Positions 17,950 to 28,227 of a stretch of DNA of 40,277 nucleotides are shown in pieces. Numbering within the stretch: position 1 is the first letter of the stretch; each line of letters begins with the position of its first letter. The position numbers were made by a program, and so were the translations under genes. Origin of the DNA: Stramenopiles sp. TOSAG23-3 (Eukaryota). Below the pieces are notes generated by a model. That model was not told the origin of the DNA. It made no database searches and worked only from the letters and a program-made list of their open reading frames with translations. The stretch covers positions 1 through 40,277 of the forward strand of contig LT642183.1 of NCBI GenBank assembly GCA_900128585.1, given 5' to 3'.

Positions 17950-19680
17950 ATGCGCCTCGTCCGTTGGGGGCTCTTCCGTGCAGTATATGCAATTTTGCTC
18001 AGCAGTGCTTGCCTGACCCCCAAACTTCGAGCTATCAGACCCCCTGGTCTGAACGAATCGAAAAGAAATGTAAATAATCTAAATCTCCTAGAAGGAATTA
18101 AATCTGCTAGTGTTTCTTCGGAAACGTTAGTGTTTTACAGTGATAGCAAGAATTACTCCTCAGCGAAGCGAATGTATTACGCGTCTTTAATCCGGCTGAA
18201 CTTTGACCCGTCAGTCAAAATTGTCCGTAGTTATGGTCCTGAGAATACAACGAAAGTTGCTGTAGGAATCGATCAGGTGAGTTCGCGGGAATTATATGGC
18301 ATTGTGCGGGTTGTATGCACCTCGAATACGGCTGTTCACATCTACGAATCGTACCCAATGTTCGACGCAGACCACAAACATAGACCAGAGCGGGAACACG
18401 GACAAAACGATTGGCTCCAGCGGTATTTGATGCCCGTGGGGCGCCAAGGTAATAAGCACGTTGGAGGATTTGTTACTGTTAAAGACAGCGAAATAGTCTG
18501 GGTTTTGTTGTCGACGGAACAGAACGATTTTTTGTATGCGTCACACCCTGAGTCCGATGCCAAGGGCCCCACCTGTGAGCTTAGATTTTTAGACGCCGAC
18601 GAGCAGCCCAAAGCGGCAGAATACGGAACAGGCGGTATGTACACGAGTGAACCTTCCGGGCGTATCCGGGGAAGCTTTCCATTACATATGTCAAATCGGA
18701 AGCGAATGCCTGGTCTTAGCGCTGGAAATGAAGAGAGGTTGAAAGGGGGGGAAACTCGTTCCAAGCTGTCTTACCAGTCTTTGACTCAAATTTTATCCCT
18801 CTCGAAGAAAGTGACATATGGGCCAGAAAAACATACCATTGCGGCACACAGATTCCAGACATGCGTTAATATTCCAAGTGTACCGGGGGCTCCCGTTAAT
18901 GATACGATTGAAAAGGGCTCAAAAGGGAAAAAACGAACAAGGACGCTGCTCCAAAATCCCAACGGAGAGGCAAACGCAATGATACAACCTGCTGACATAA
19001 ATAAAAAGAAAAAGTTCGACTTAATGGTACCTGTCCTCGGGTTCATGCTTCCACTAGCGCCCGGACTGATTGGCCAAACGATAGCTCAGGTCGGGTTTAA
19101 TTCGCAGATGCAAATTCAAGGCCAACAGGCCGTTCACGCATCTGTCGCGTCTGTGAGTCACCAAATATACAGGCAACTGACACAAGCCCTGAGGGAGCAT
19201 CTAGTTGCTAACTTAATTCCGCCTCTTCACGAGAGCATTGCCGACGAGGCAACTGAAGCTACAGTTGAACTGATAGAAGAGTATGTCACAAAGACCATGC
19301 CGAACGTCATTAAAGATCCAATTGCAGCAAAAATATCAGAAGCTGTTTTGGGAACTGTGCCCGGAAATGTTCAAAAAGAAGCTCCAATGCACACATCGCG
19401 CATAATTTCAAAGCAGTTATCACATACACTGTCACGGTCGTTAACCCATGCCCTTGTGCCTTCGTTGATCCACGCGGTGTCACACAACCCATTGCAAGAC
19501 TATTATTGCTACTACTGCTTTCACAAAAAGGTGTACTGCCAATACTGTACGTATTCGCCCTCCCAACTTTATTACGCGATGTATTATGCTGGATTTTACA
19601 GTACTTATTATGGTGACTATTACACAGAGTGGATGGACAATGAATGGTCTGAAAGCAAACGTGAAGACACGGCAGATTAA
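17950..19680 (+). CDS. Uncharacterised protein with signal-peptide-like N-terminus and Tyr/Cys-rich C-terminal motif
   Basis: 576-aa ORF with coding-like GC content; hydrophobic N-terminus; C-terminal YYCYYCFHKKVYCQYCTY...YYAMYYAGFYSTYYGDYY. Confidence 0.75.
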   Translation: MRLVRWGLFRAVYAILLSSACLTPKLRAIRPPGLNESKRNVNNLNLLEGIKSASVSSETLVFYSDSKNYSSAKRMYYASLIRLNFDPSVKIVRSYGPENTTKVAVGIDQVSSRELYGIVRVVCTSNTAVHIYESYPMFDADHKHRPEREHGQNDWLQRYLMPVGRQGNKHVGGFVTVKDSEIVWVLLSTEQNDFLYASHPESDAKGPTCELRFLDADEQPKAAEYGTGGMYTSEPSGRIRGSFPLHMSNRKRMPGLSAGNEERLKGGETRSKLSYQSLTQILSLSKKVTYGPEKHTIAAHRFQTCVNIPSVPGAPVNDTIEKGSKGKKRTRTLLQNPNGEANAMIQPADINKKKKFDLMVPVLGFMLPLAPGLIGQTIAQVGFNSQMQIQGQQAVHASVASVSHQIYRQLTQALREHLVANLIPPLHESIADEATEATVELIEEYVTKTMPNVIKDPIAAKISEAVLGTVPGNVQKEAPMHTSRIISKQLSHTLSRSLTHALVPSLIHAVSHNPLQDYYCYYCFHKKVYCQYCTYSPSQLYYAMYYAGFYSTYYGDYYTEWMDNEWSESKREDTAD

Positions 19681-19752
19681 ATGTGTTCTGAAGCGACACG
19701 GCAGATTAAATGCGTTGTGAAGCGACACGGCAGATTAAATGTGTTGTGAAGC
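19666..19752 (+). repeat. 3 x 29-bp tandem repeat overlapping the stop codon
   Basis: gacacggcagattaaatgYgttStgaagc at 19666, 19695 and 19724. Confidence 0.92.
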
Positions 19753-19805
19753 AAGTGTTTCAAGCAGAAGCGGCGTTTGAGTTAAATACTACGATCTTAC
19801 GCGAA

Positions 19806-20145
19806 TTTTACATATACACAGCATCTATTAAAATAAATTAACATGTCTCAATGAAGAAATATATTCCACCACAAAAGTTCAACAAACAAAATATGTTGGT
19901 AAAAGTAAAATACATATACACAGCACTAAAAAAAGTACAAACTTTGTTGCAATGTACCAACAACAATTGTTCTTTTGCAATTTTTTTGTTTCTTTTTTTT
20001 GTTTTAGCAATCGGTATTTTACATTAACACAGCATCTATTAAAATAAATTAACATTTCTTTTCGCTGTAAAAATGAAAGAAATTTATTTCAACACAAACT
20101 TACAACAAAAAATGACAAAATAGTAAAATACCACCCTGTACAGCT
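19806..20145 (+). repeat. Diverged ~120-bp direct duplication in the spacer (copies ~19806-19925 and ~20017-20145)
   Basis: acacagcatctattaaaataaattaacat is identical in both copies, followed by similar atgaa(a)gaaat...acaaa...agtaaaatac segments. Confidence 0.75.
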
Positions 20146-20177
20146 GTTTAATAAAGTGTTCAAGTTCCTTGGCGCGA

Positions 20178-20442
20178 ATAAAAATCCGACTCGATTTTCA
20201 AAGTATGGAAGCTTTCGGGCAGAAAATGACAATTGAGAGCAAGGGGGACGCCTAACTACATAAGTTTAGATCAGGCGAGCGCTTCTGTCACGACGGCCGC
20301 GCCTGAACGAACGATTATAAATTGTTTGCCCTCAAATGACTTGGAAATGTGGTTCCTAGGGACAATTTTTTGTGAAATGGGCGAGTTAGACCAATTGCCA
20401 CCCCAACAAACACTTATTTATTTGTTGGCGTTAGAAAAATGA
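20178..20442 (+). pseudogene. Possible degenerate protein-kinase (CDK-like) fragment
   Basis: GC-elevated island. Reads GTPNYIS, APE followed 12 residues later by EMWFLGTIFCEM and GELDQL (cf. kinase subdomains VIII-IX DxWSxGCIFxEM...EIDQL). IKIRLDF lies upstream in another frame. No ATG-initiated full ORF. Confidence 0.35.
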
Positions 20443-20846
20443 ATTGCACTGGCATACTTTCATATGTAAGAATGCACTTTTGGCTGTTTAAATTTATAAT
20501 AATTATCCTTTTCTCATCAAGATGTTTGCGTTTGAAATAGTTACCACAAAGTTGTTCACCATTTTTCAACTCCGCGCCAAAGATACTTGCATCCCTGCCC
20601 TCGTCCCAACGTCTCCCCTGAAAAATAATAGAATCATATTATAGTATACTAATAAATGTACTTTTTTTACCTATATATTAAATAATCCCCGAAACGATAC
20701 TGTACCTGTTCGACAGTTTACTTCTTGAGCGTGCGTGGAGCAACTTTTAACTGCGCACTACCCCGTCTTTTTCGGAAAACCACGCGTACAGAACGACATA
20801 TTTTTACTTCTGGTCGATGCACCATGATTTTTCCCGCAATTTTGTT

Positions 20847-22217
20847 CTACCGGGCTTGAACGAGGAGGAGCGCAAACCTCCGGAGAGCTTCATCCATGTC
20901 TTCCTCGGAAGCGGTACTATAAGCAGCGCGAACATACGGCGATGGGCCAGCCGACGCAGCAAAAAAGGATTCCCCGGGTACAAGAAGCACTTTGGCATCA
21001 ACGGCATTGTTTTGAACCAGCAGGGCAGAGTTTTCGCAATCATGGATTTTAATCCAAACAAACATTCCCGCGGCAGGTTTGTTGAACTCGCACAGACCTT
21101 CAAGGTGAGTTTCTGCACTCTGTAAAAAAGAATCTCTTCTTTTTTGATAAAAACTACACAAATTATCAATGTGTGAAGAAAAGTTGTTATATGCGCTATC
21201 ACCACTCCCTTGTAGGTGGTCGAAATACGATGCGACCAAAGCTTGGCTAATTCCAGAAGTATGAAGAGTTGTGCTTTGACTATGTAACTCAAGCCTTTCG
21301 ACTAGTTCCGTTGGGCCTGTCACGAAACCAATCCTGATCCCAGAGGATAAAAGTTTGGAAAATGAGTCAAACCGTAAAACCCTTCCCTCTCCGTTGTCTA
21401 TTGAATAAAAGCTTCTGGGCCGCTTCTCTCCTTCGTTTAAACTCTCTGCATCGTCAAACTGTAGGAAATAGTAGGGATCATCCTCAAGGATCAACATTTC
21501 GTATTTCTTTGCCAAGTCGTAAACTTTTTGTTTCCGCTCAGCAGGCATGGTAACCCCAGTTGGGTTACCTCCAGTCGGGATAGTGTATAAAACTTTCGGG
21601 CGTCTCTTTCCTGGATGCAGGGAATCCCAGTTTTCCAATGTATTGTACAACTTTTCTGGAACCATCCCAAAATGGTCCGTCTCAATACCAACTAGATTGC
21701 ACGAAAGAGGTTCTAGGTATGCGAGGCTTCCACTGTAAGTAGGAGACTCGATTATTAAAGAGTCCCCTTTGTCAAGCAGCATGTCAAACGCTTTTCCAAG
21801 CCCATCTTGGCTCCCTGTGGTGACACAAAGTCTAAAATTTCCGTCATTCTTAAAGTCGTGCTCCCTCGTTTGAATATCCTCCAAATGAGCGACAAGCCGA
21901 GGAATTCCCTGTGTCGGTGAATACTGGAATGCTTCGTCAATTGTGTCTGGGGTAGCCACGTCAACCATAGTTCCGTCGGCCAACTCCGCAACTATTCGCT
22001 TAAACGGGAACGTGCTTTTATTTGGCATACCCCCTCCCAAGGATATCATGCCTGGTATCGCCAACATTGGCTGCAGGGCCCTAATAGCGGACGGTTTTCG
22101 CAACGCACTTCTCTCGGATAAATATTGATCATAGGAAGATATGCCAAAATGACGAAGGGAGCATAAAACCATCGTGTGGTTAACTGAAACCCGACCTACC
22201 TTCGCCAACGAAAACAT
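20847..22217 (-). CDS. AADAT: PLP-dependent class I aminotransferase, kynurenine/alpha-aminoadipate aminotransferase-like
   Basis: Likely ATG at 22217 (MFSLAKVGR..., transit-peptide-like). RKPSAIRAL, MISLGGGMPN, FQYSPTQGIP, VTTGSQDGL, YTIPTGGNPTG, ILEDDPYYFLQF, PLP-lysine motif FDSFSKLLSSGIRIG. Confidence 0.9.
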   Translation of the reverse strand: MFSLAKVGRVSVNHTMVLCSLRHFGISSYDQYLSERSALRKPSAIRALQPMLAIPGMISLGGGMPNKSTFPFKRIVAELADGTMVDVATPDTIDEAFQYSPTQGIPRLVAHLEDIQTREHDFKNDGNFRLCVTTGSQDGLGKAFDMLLDKGDSLIIESPTYSGSLAYLEPLSCNLVGIETDHFGMVPEKLYNTLENWDSLHPGKRRPKVLYTIPTGGNPTGVTMPAERKQKVYDLAKKYEMLILEDDPYYFLQFDDAESLNEGEKRPRSFYSIDNGEGRVLRFDSFSKLLSSGIRIGFVTGPTELVERLELHSQSTTLHTSGISQALVASYFDHLQGSGDSAYNNFSSHIDNLCSFYQKRRDSFLQSAETHLEGLCEFNKPAAGMFVWIKIHDCENSALLVQNNAVDAKVLLVPGESFFAASAGPSPYVRAAYSTASEEDMDEALRRFALLLVQAR

Positions 22218-23251
22218 GACGGTGCCAAACTCTAGTTTCAAAGTCCCTCTTGTATGATAAAAAAAAACAGACGAAATCAAATTGCTGTAGGTGGCTCTTT
22301 GTTGCTGTCGGCGGATCTTTATTACCCTAACTTTATTGCTCTCCACTTTGTACAAGTAGAACTGTGTCACGTGCACCCTGCATAAAAAATGCTTATAAAT
22401 TAACACTTATCTGTTTTTCATTTCTCGTTTTTATATTATTATTGTTTTTTCTTGTACCACCAGGTTTGTTGTTGTTGTTGTGTGGTTTGATCATTTAAAA
22501 AAAATAAATTATTATTGAAATAAAATAGTTAATCATCAGAGATAGTATTATATTCAGCTGCTGTGGTCCTGCTTTTTTCTTTCGTCGTCGTTTTTTTTCT
22601 TCATCTCTTTCCCTCCTCTTCTTCTTCATCATAATTATTCATTGATCTCGTTGTCTCATACTATACTGCTGCTGTACTTCTTCAAGTATAACAGGAAAAA
22701 AGGAGAAAAGAAGAGAAAAGAAGAAGAGAAAAAAAAATGATAAAATTTGTTTTAGTCTTTCATCAATATAAAGCTATATCGGTCGGTCGGTATTACGAAG
22801 GAATTAAAACGAAGAAAAAGTCGTCTATTAACAGACAGACAATAAATAATGCAATAATAATAACGGGAGGAAGTTAGTTCTACTTTGGTTTGTTCCACTA
22901 GTCTATAACGGTGCGTGAAAAACCCATAATGAAGCAGGTGAAATTGTGTTACTGTAGTATTAAAATAATAGTCGTCTCCTCGCAGTAATAAAAAAATAAA
23001 TCCCCCCCTGTATAATAGTCTTACCAGGTACCGGCAGTCGTACGGTACGTACCTGTAAAAACCAAATTAAGACCGGTACAACAAGCTCTCTATTTTTATA
23101 AAAGAATAGTAGTTGTTGTACAATTCAATACACACTGCGGACCCGTTCTTGCAAAGAAATAGGTAGTAACGGCTATGGTTTCTATGTTCTGCACGCACCC
23201 AGCAGTTTGGGCAGCATTCCTAGCGAATGCGAATTGTCTAGGATTGAAAAT

Positions 23252-23309
23252 ATTATGTTCGAAGATTATTAATTCAGCAGATTATGTTCGAAGATTATTA
23301 ATTCAGCAG
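23252..23309 (+). repeat. Perfect 2 x 29-bp tandem duplication upstream of the ankyrin gene
   Basis: attatgttcgaagattattaattcagcag at 23252 and 23281. Confidence 0.92.
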
Positions 23310-23381
23310 ACGAAAACATTACCAGTACTGTGAGAGGAAGCGAACGGTATCGCTTCAGCCGCACATAAAAAACTGCTTGCG

Positions 23382-25175
23382 ATGCCGTTCGAACAATCGT
23401 CGGGGGATGGATCCGGGGACAACCGTGTGCACACCGAACCTTACACAATAAAAGAGTTTCGGGGGCACTATCATGTACATAAGATTGAATCGAAGCGGCC
23501 CATATTAGGAACCCAGGTCAAAGTTGAGCTCGCTCGCTTAGAATGGAGACACAAGCATGCAGAAAGACTGGAACAAAGTAGTATTCAAAGAAATCTGAAG
23601 GCTAAGAAAGACAGGGAGCTCCGTGTGAAAACTTTTAAAGTACTTCAGAAAATGAGAGAAAACTACGGCGTGGGGAAAACTTTCAATCGAATACAAGCCA
23701 TAGTCGATGCCCGCGGGAAAGAAGTAGAAAGAATGATCCAAAGTTCAATCGAAAAGGACAAAAAGTTAACAATAAGGTTTTGGAGAGCGGTAAAACGTGG
23801 AGATATCCACCAGATAAACGATTTGATTGTTAATAGAGGTTTCGAAGGCGTAAACGTGCCCCGGGCGAATGGTGAAACAGCCATAGTACTAGCAGTCCGC
23901 AATCGTGACACTCATTTTGCAGAGGGTTTGCTAAGCCTGGGAGCAAACCCGAACACAAAAGACCATGCCGGGCGGCCGGCGTTTCTAATGCCCTGGAGTG
24001 AATTTGAAATAAACGCGAGGTTACGCAGTGAAGTTGCCCGCAAAGAGGGCGATTACATTGTTGAAATGTCGTTACTCTTACTGGCCTATGGTTGTGACAT
24101 CAATGCGCAACGCTTCGATGGAAACACTTCGCTGCACTTAGCAGCTAGGTACAACATGATTAAATTAACCATTCCCTTGATTCGTTTAGGGGCTGACCCT
24201 TATGTAGAAAATTTAGAGGGCGAAAACGTCTTCGACTATTGCGATAAATTTAGCCGTGGGGAGATACGACGGGTCGTCTCCAACTACCAGGCCGTTGCGG
24301 ACGATATGAGAATAACTGAATTCACACAAAAGTGGCGAAAGTTTATTTTTGTAGAAGAAAAGATGGCTATGAAAAACGGCAAGCTTGTTAAAATGGACAG
24401 ACAGCCCTTGTCGATAACCCCGGCTGTGAGCTCGCTGATAGAAGACTTTGAGAACACTGATAGGGCAGTTCGAGGCCAAATGGGAAATGGGATTCGAACG
24501 GGGAAACCAGAAGATCCAGCAGACTCTGGGCCAGAGCTTAAGAAAAAGGCCAAAATGAACGAGGCCGAGATGGCTTTGAAGGTTTGGCGAAACAAAAAAA
24601 CAGATGCCAAAGACGAAAGGGCTGCTTTTGCCCATTCTCTGCTGCCTTCCCAATTACGAATGAAAGTATACACAGTCAAGAAAGGCAAAAAGCAAAGGGA
24701 GATAGTAAAGGGCATGGCGGATGAAAAAAGCGTTGCCACAAGAACTCGCGAGAGGCGAAAATCGGTCGCTTTATGTGTAGCCAGCGATGCAATGCATGGA
24801 AATAAACGTGAGTCGACGATACAAATTAGGCCGGCGACCGCATCGTTGGTCTTTTACAGGGGAAAAAACCCTGTGACGGCAGCGCCGATTACTGACCCAA
24901 ACGCTTTAAGGAAGGAGTTGAAGGCGAAGCAAAGGCAAGAAGCGCTTGAACTTCAAGGCGGGTCAAACAAAAGAAAGGAAGCCACGTTGAATTCAGCGTC
25001 AATTCTGCCCCCAACGATCCACAAATCTGTCAAAAATGGGCATCGGCTGAATGTAAACCACCGTCCAATCGCGCAAACATGGAGACCCTTTGCTGCAGAA
25101 TCGCTCTCTAAATACACGCGACGACAAAAGAAACTACCACTTTTTGCGCAAACTTTGAAAAAAACAAATCGTTGA
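23382..25175 (+). CDS. Ankyrin-repeat protein
   Basis: GETAIVLAVRNRDTHFAEGLLSLGANPN, LLLAYGCDINAQ, GNTSLHLAARYNMIKLTIPLIRLGADP; basic low-complexity C-terminal half. Confidence 0.88.
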   Translation: MPFEQSSGDGSGDNRVHTEPYTIKEFRGHYHVHKIESKRPILGTQVKVELARLEWRHKHAERLEQSSIQRNLKAKKDRELRVKTFKVLQKMRENYGVGKTFNRIQAIVDARGKEVERMIQSSIEKDKKLTIRFWRAVKRGDIHQINDLIVNRGFEGVNVPRANGETAIVLAVRNRDTHFAEGLLSLGANPNTKDHAGRPAFLMPWSEFEINARLRSEVARKEGDYIVEMSLLLLAYGCDINAQRFDGNTSLHLAARYNMIKLTIPLIRLGADPYVENLEGENVFDYCDKFSRGEIRRVVSNYQAVADDMRITEFTQKWRKFIFVEEKMAMKNGKLVKMDRQPLSITPAVSSLIEDFENTDRAVRGQMGNGIRTGKPEDPADSGPELKKKAKMNEAEMALKVWRNKKTDAKDERAAFAHSLLPSQLRMKVYTVKKGKKQREIVKGMADEKSVATRTRERRKSVALCVASDAMHGNKRESTIQIRPATASLVFYRGKNPVTAAPITDPNALRKELKAKQRQEALELQGGSNKRKEATLNSASILPPTIHKSVKNGHRLNVNHRPIAQTWRPFAAESLSKYTRRQKKLPLFAQTLKKTNR

Positions 25176-25387
25176 TCGAAGTCTTTAAAAACGTACGTAC
25201 GCAAATTTGGTGTTCTTTTAATTCTCCTCTCTATGGTTTAAAGCAAAAGTTGGCAGCACGGTTCAAATGAAATGTGGGGAAATTAAAAAAAATAACTTAT
25301 TATGTGTGTTTTTCTGTTTATTGTTAGTAGATATATTGTCAAAAAAATTCACAGAAAGAAAAAATTCAAGGCGACTTGCTGGTGGTT

Positions 25388-25780
25388 TTAATTTTGGTCT
25401 TTTAGCATGAAAATCTCCCGTTCTAACGCCAGCAGCGTCTCCTGTTCCTCTCTCTTTAGTTCGCCAAGAGTCTGTAAATTTTTCTTTATCCCTTTCATGG
25501 ATGGTAACGCTTTCGTAATTGATGTCTGTAACTTGTCTCGTTTCGCCTCGTCTTGTGGAACGCTGTTCTTAACAGGGGTCACCCGTACGTTACATTTAGT
25601 AAGATTGCCGCTGGGACCGAACGCAGGGTTCTCAAATTTTCCCCCTTTGATAGATAAGTGACCCACAGCAATTCTATTCTGCCGATTAATCCCATCTGCA
25701 AAAAGATTGTCTTGGACATGGGGTGGTTCCCCTTTTTGCCCCCTATAAAACTTTCCAAACGAACTTCTCTTCCCAAACAT
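25388..25780 (-). CDS. Small hypothetical protein (130 aa) with coiled-coil-like C-terminus
   Basis: ATG-initiated (aaaaaATG) ORF filling a GC-elevated island between AT-rich spacers; no recognisable domain. Confidence 0.55.
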   Translation of the reverse strand: MFGKRSSFGKFYRGQKGEPPHVQDNLFADGINRQNRIAVGHLSIKGGKFENPAFGPSGNLTKCNVRVTPVKNSVPQDEAKRDKLQTSITKALPSMKGIKKNLQTLGELKREEQETLLALEREIFMLKDQN

Positions 25781-26571
25781 TTTTTATTTTCAATAAGTTA
25801 ACAATGAAGTCTTACACTGTCGATAACACCGAAAATCTTATTCAATGCCGCCAGTTTTTGCCTCTTATTGGGATGAATTATTCTTTTGTACATATGCATC
25901 AATTGATTGGGCAAAATTGTGCATTGTCAGTAAGTTAAATAAAGTATCTTCTTACAAAGAAGCGCTTCGCGACGTTTGGACGTGTGGTGTGTGTATTCTT
26001 CTTTACTTTTCTCTTCTATTATTTTTACTATTATTATGGTACCAAATAATACTCTGATGATGGAAGATGGAATTTTGTTAACTCATACTTTCGTTTTGAT
26101 GATGAAAAATAACATTTGTCCGTTTATTTGGATTTCTTATTTATAATTGTATATTTATTATATAGGTGAATGAGTTTCCCATTTTTTTGTCATTTTATAC
26201 CTTATTGCACGTTGAAATATAAAACGAACAAATTGTTTCAAGTATAATTAAGCTATATTAAACTTCATAATTTCCTATATAGTTCATTTGTTGAATATTA
26301 GTTGTTTTACCTCCCTGTGTGCTTGCCTCTTTCCTGCTGCCTCCCCTATATCCACCAAGGCACAATAAAAAAAAAATGGAAAACGAAGAACGAGGAGCGG
26401 CGGTTACACGCGCTAGGTTTTGAAGCAAAAAGTAACTTCTGCAGATAATCATGTTCAACCTTCTCGGTGGTGTAAAATTGGATTGTAAAGAATAATTCAG
26501 TAATGTGTTAAGACTATTGCTGTCGATCGTTTACATCTGAAAAATAGTCCTGCCGTTCAACGCTAATAAAA

Positions 26572-28227
26572 ATGAGCTTAGCAAAATCTAAGATTTTACA
26601 AATGTCCCCTCGGGCTGCAGGGACTGTAAGGTCTCTACCGAATACGATGTCCTCCCCGGTCTATGTTCGGCCTGGTTCCAGGCAACAACGGCGGCTTTAT
26701 GGAAATAAGAGTGAGATGCATCGGCCTAAATCTCGAGGGGGATATAACGCAACCCCAGCATCAAGTCGTCCACCTACCCCTCACGACCACCGCCATAAAT
26801 GGACGCCTCACAAGACTAGAACGATTCCGGATCATTTGATTACGACTGGAAAGGATAGGGAAGAACACGAAAGGCAATACGTGGATAATCGCACTCTTAA
26901 GCCTCCCCCAAGTCCATTCTTAACGCTGAAAGACAGGCCACAAAAAGATCGTATACAAGCCGCGATAAAAAAAATGCGAGAAACTTATGAGCACCGAAGT
27001 TCCGGCTTCTACAAAATATTTGCCGATTGGGACCAAGGGGGCAGGAAAGGTGCAAAGGTGAAGCGCGCCTCGATTGATGCAGATGCACTATTGAAGCAAT
27101 GCAAAGTCCATGGTATTACATGGCTCGATAAGGAAGACTGTGCGAAAATTATCAAGGAATTCAAACACGATCCTGACGTTGAAGCTGGAAAGTTACACTT
27201 TAAGGATTGGTGCCACTTGACAGTGAAGCATGCAACAGAGTACAGCCAATGGGATGAAAAATATAATCCCTTCGAGCATGAGGGTCGGAAGGGGTGGACT
27301 AGCCCATTGCGGCGCAAACGAGAGCGGACAGAAAAGTTGCAGGAAACTAATCCTTGGCGGAAAAGGTATGATGACGATGAGCCTGATTTGGACAAGGACA
27401 TAACTGTGTCTCGCCCCTCAACAGCGGCATCCGTTGCGTCTAGGACAAGCACTGCAACTAACCCCGACAGTGTGGAACCCCATTTGCTGCACCTAATGGA
27501 CGAGTTCCGGGAACAAATTATAGAAGCAAAGAAAAAGACAGTTGGTACAAACCCACTGCGAAAAGAAGATTTTCAAAAAATGTTTTTAGTATTGAGACAA
27601 AGGTATCACCTTCCCATTAACTCGTCTGATATTACTCAAATGAGAAAGTTTTTGGACCCCAACGACGATGGAGAAGTTACCCACCATGAATTGATTAGTC
27701 GGTTGGCACATGGCTACAACAAATTGCAACGACTGAATGCGTCACGGCCTCCGAGCTGTGCGACTTCAAACGCTGGAAGGATAAGCTCACTAGGGGAAAG
27801 TCAGCATACTTTGCCAGGATATTTGCGTCCTCATCGAAATCGCAATCTTGCCCAAACAAAAAATCCAAGTCCACGAACAAGGCGATTTTTCAACAAAAAT
27901 GAAATGTTTGAGCAGACTCGAAAGTATGATGGAAGCTCCAGCCCAAGATACTCCCGTGCCGCCAACAGACCCGTCAGCAACCAGAGGTGGAACGGAAGGG
28001 AACGAATCAGTGACGAGAGACCATGGAATAAACCTAGCAACAGGGGACAAACGCGGCCGTGGACGGCATCTCACGTGGCCCGTAGACAATTTTTGAAAAG
28101 TCGAGAAGCGGCGAAAGCTGAAACAACCCGTTATGACCTGAGCCTAAGGCATGGAAAAATGGCTCTGTCCAGTCTGAGCCCTCGTCGCGGTGGGTATATG
28201 AAGCGACCTACAATTTCTCGGCGATGA
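26572..28227 (+). CDS. EF-hand-containing, basic low-complexity protein
   Basis: 551-aa ORF; EF-hand loop LDPNDDGEVTHHEL, degenerate EF-like segments (IFADWDQGG, GKLHFKDW); RPSTA/RPWTA motifs. Confidence 0.75.
   Translation: MSLAKSKILQMSPRAAGTVRSLPNTMSSPVYVRPGSRQQRRLYGNKSEMHRPKSRGGYNATPASSRPPTPHDHRHKWTPHKTRTIPDHLITTGKDREEHERQYVDNRTLKPPPSPFLTLKDRPQKDRIQAAIKKMRETYEHRSSGFYKIFADWDQGGRKGAKVKRASIDADALLKQCKVHGITWLDKEDCAKIIKEFKHDPDVEAGKLHFKDWCHLTVKHATEYSQWDEKYNPFEHEGRKGWTSPLRRKRERTEKLQETNPWRKRYDDDEPDLDKDITVSRPSTAASVASRTSTATNPDSVEPHLLHLMDEFREQIIEAKKKTVGTNPLRKEDFQKMFLVLRQRYHLPINSSDITQMRKFLDPNDDGEVTHHELISRLAHGYNKLQRLNASRPPSCATSNAGRISSLGESQHTLPGYLRPHRNRNLAQTKNPSPRTRRFFNKNEMFEQTRKYDGSSSPRYSRAANRPVSNQRWNGRERISDERPWNKPSNRGQTRPWTASHVARRQFLKSREAAKAETTRYDLSLRHGKMALSSLSPRRGGYMKRPTISRR

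Noticed and set aside
19666..19752. 29-bp repeats as a CRISPR array
   Set aside because: Units are contiguous with no spacers, the context is eukaryotic, and there are no cas genes.
20275..20405. U11 snRNA-like sequence (GCTTCTGTC ... AATTTTTTG Sm-like site at similar spacing)
   Set aside because: Lacks the 5' AAAAGG splice-site pairing sequence, the closing GAAGC helix and the AUCAAG loop; a kinase relic explains the region at least as well.
22218..22406. Upstream extensions from non-ATG starts in the ORF track (also 506, 6874, 12395, 15010, 15489, 38537)
   Set aside because: In a eukaryote the downstream ATG in good context at the coding/AT-rich boundary is more plausible.
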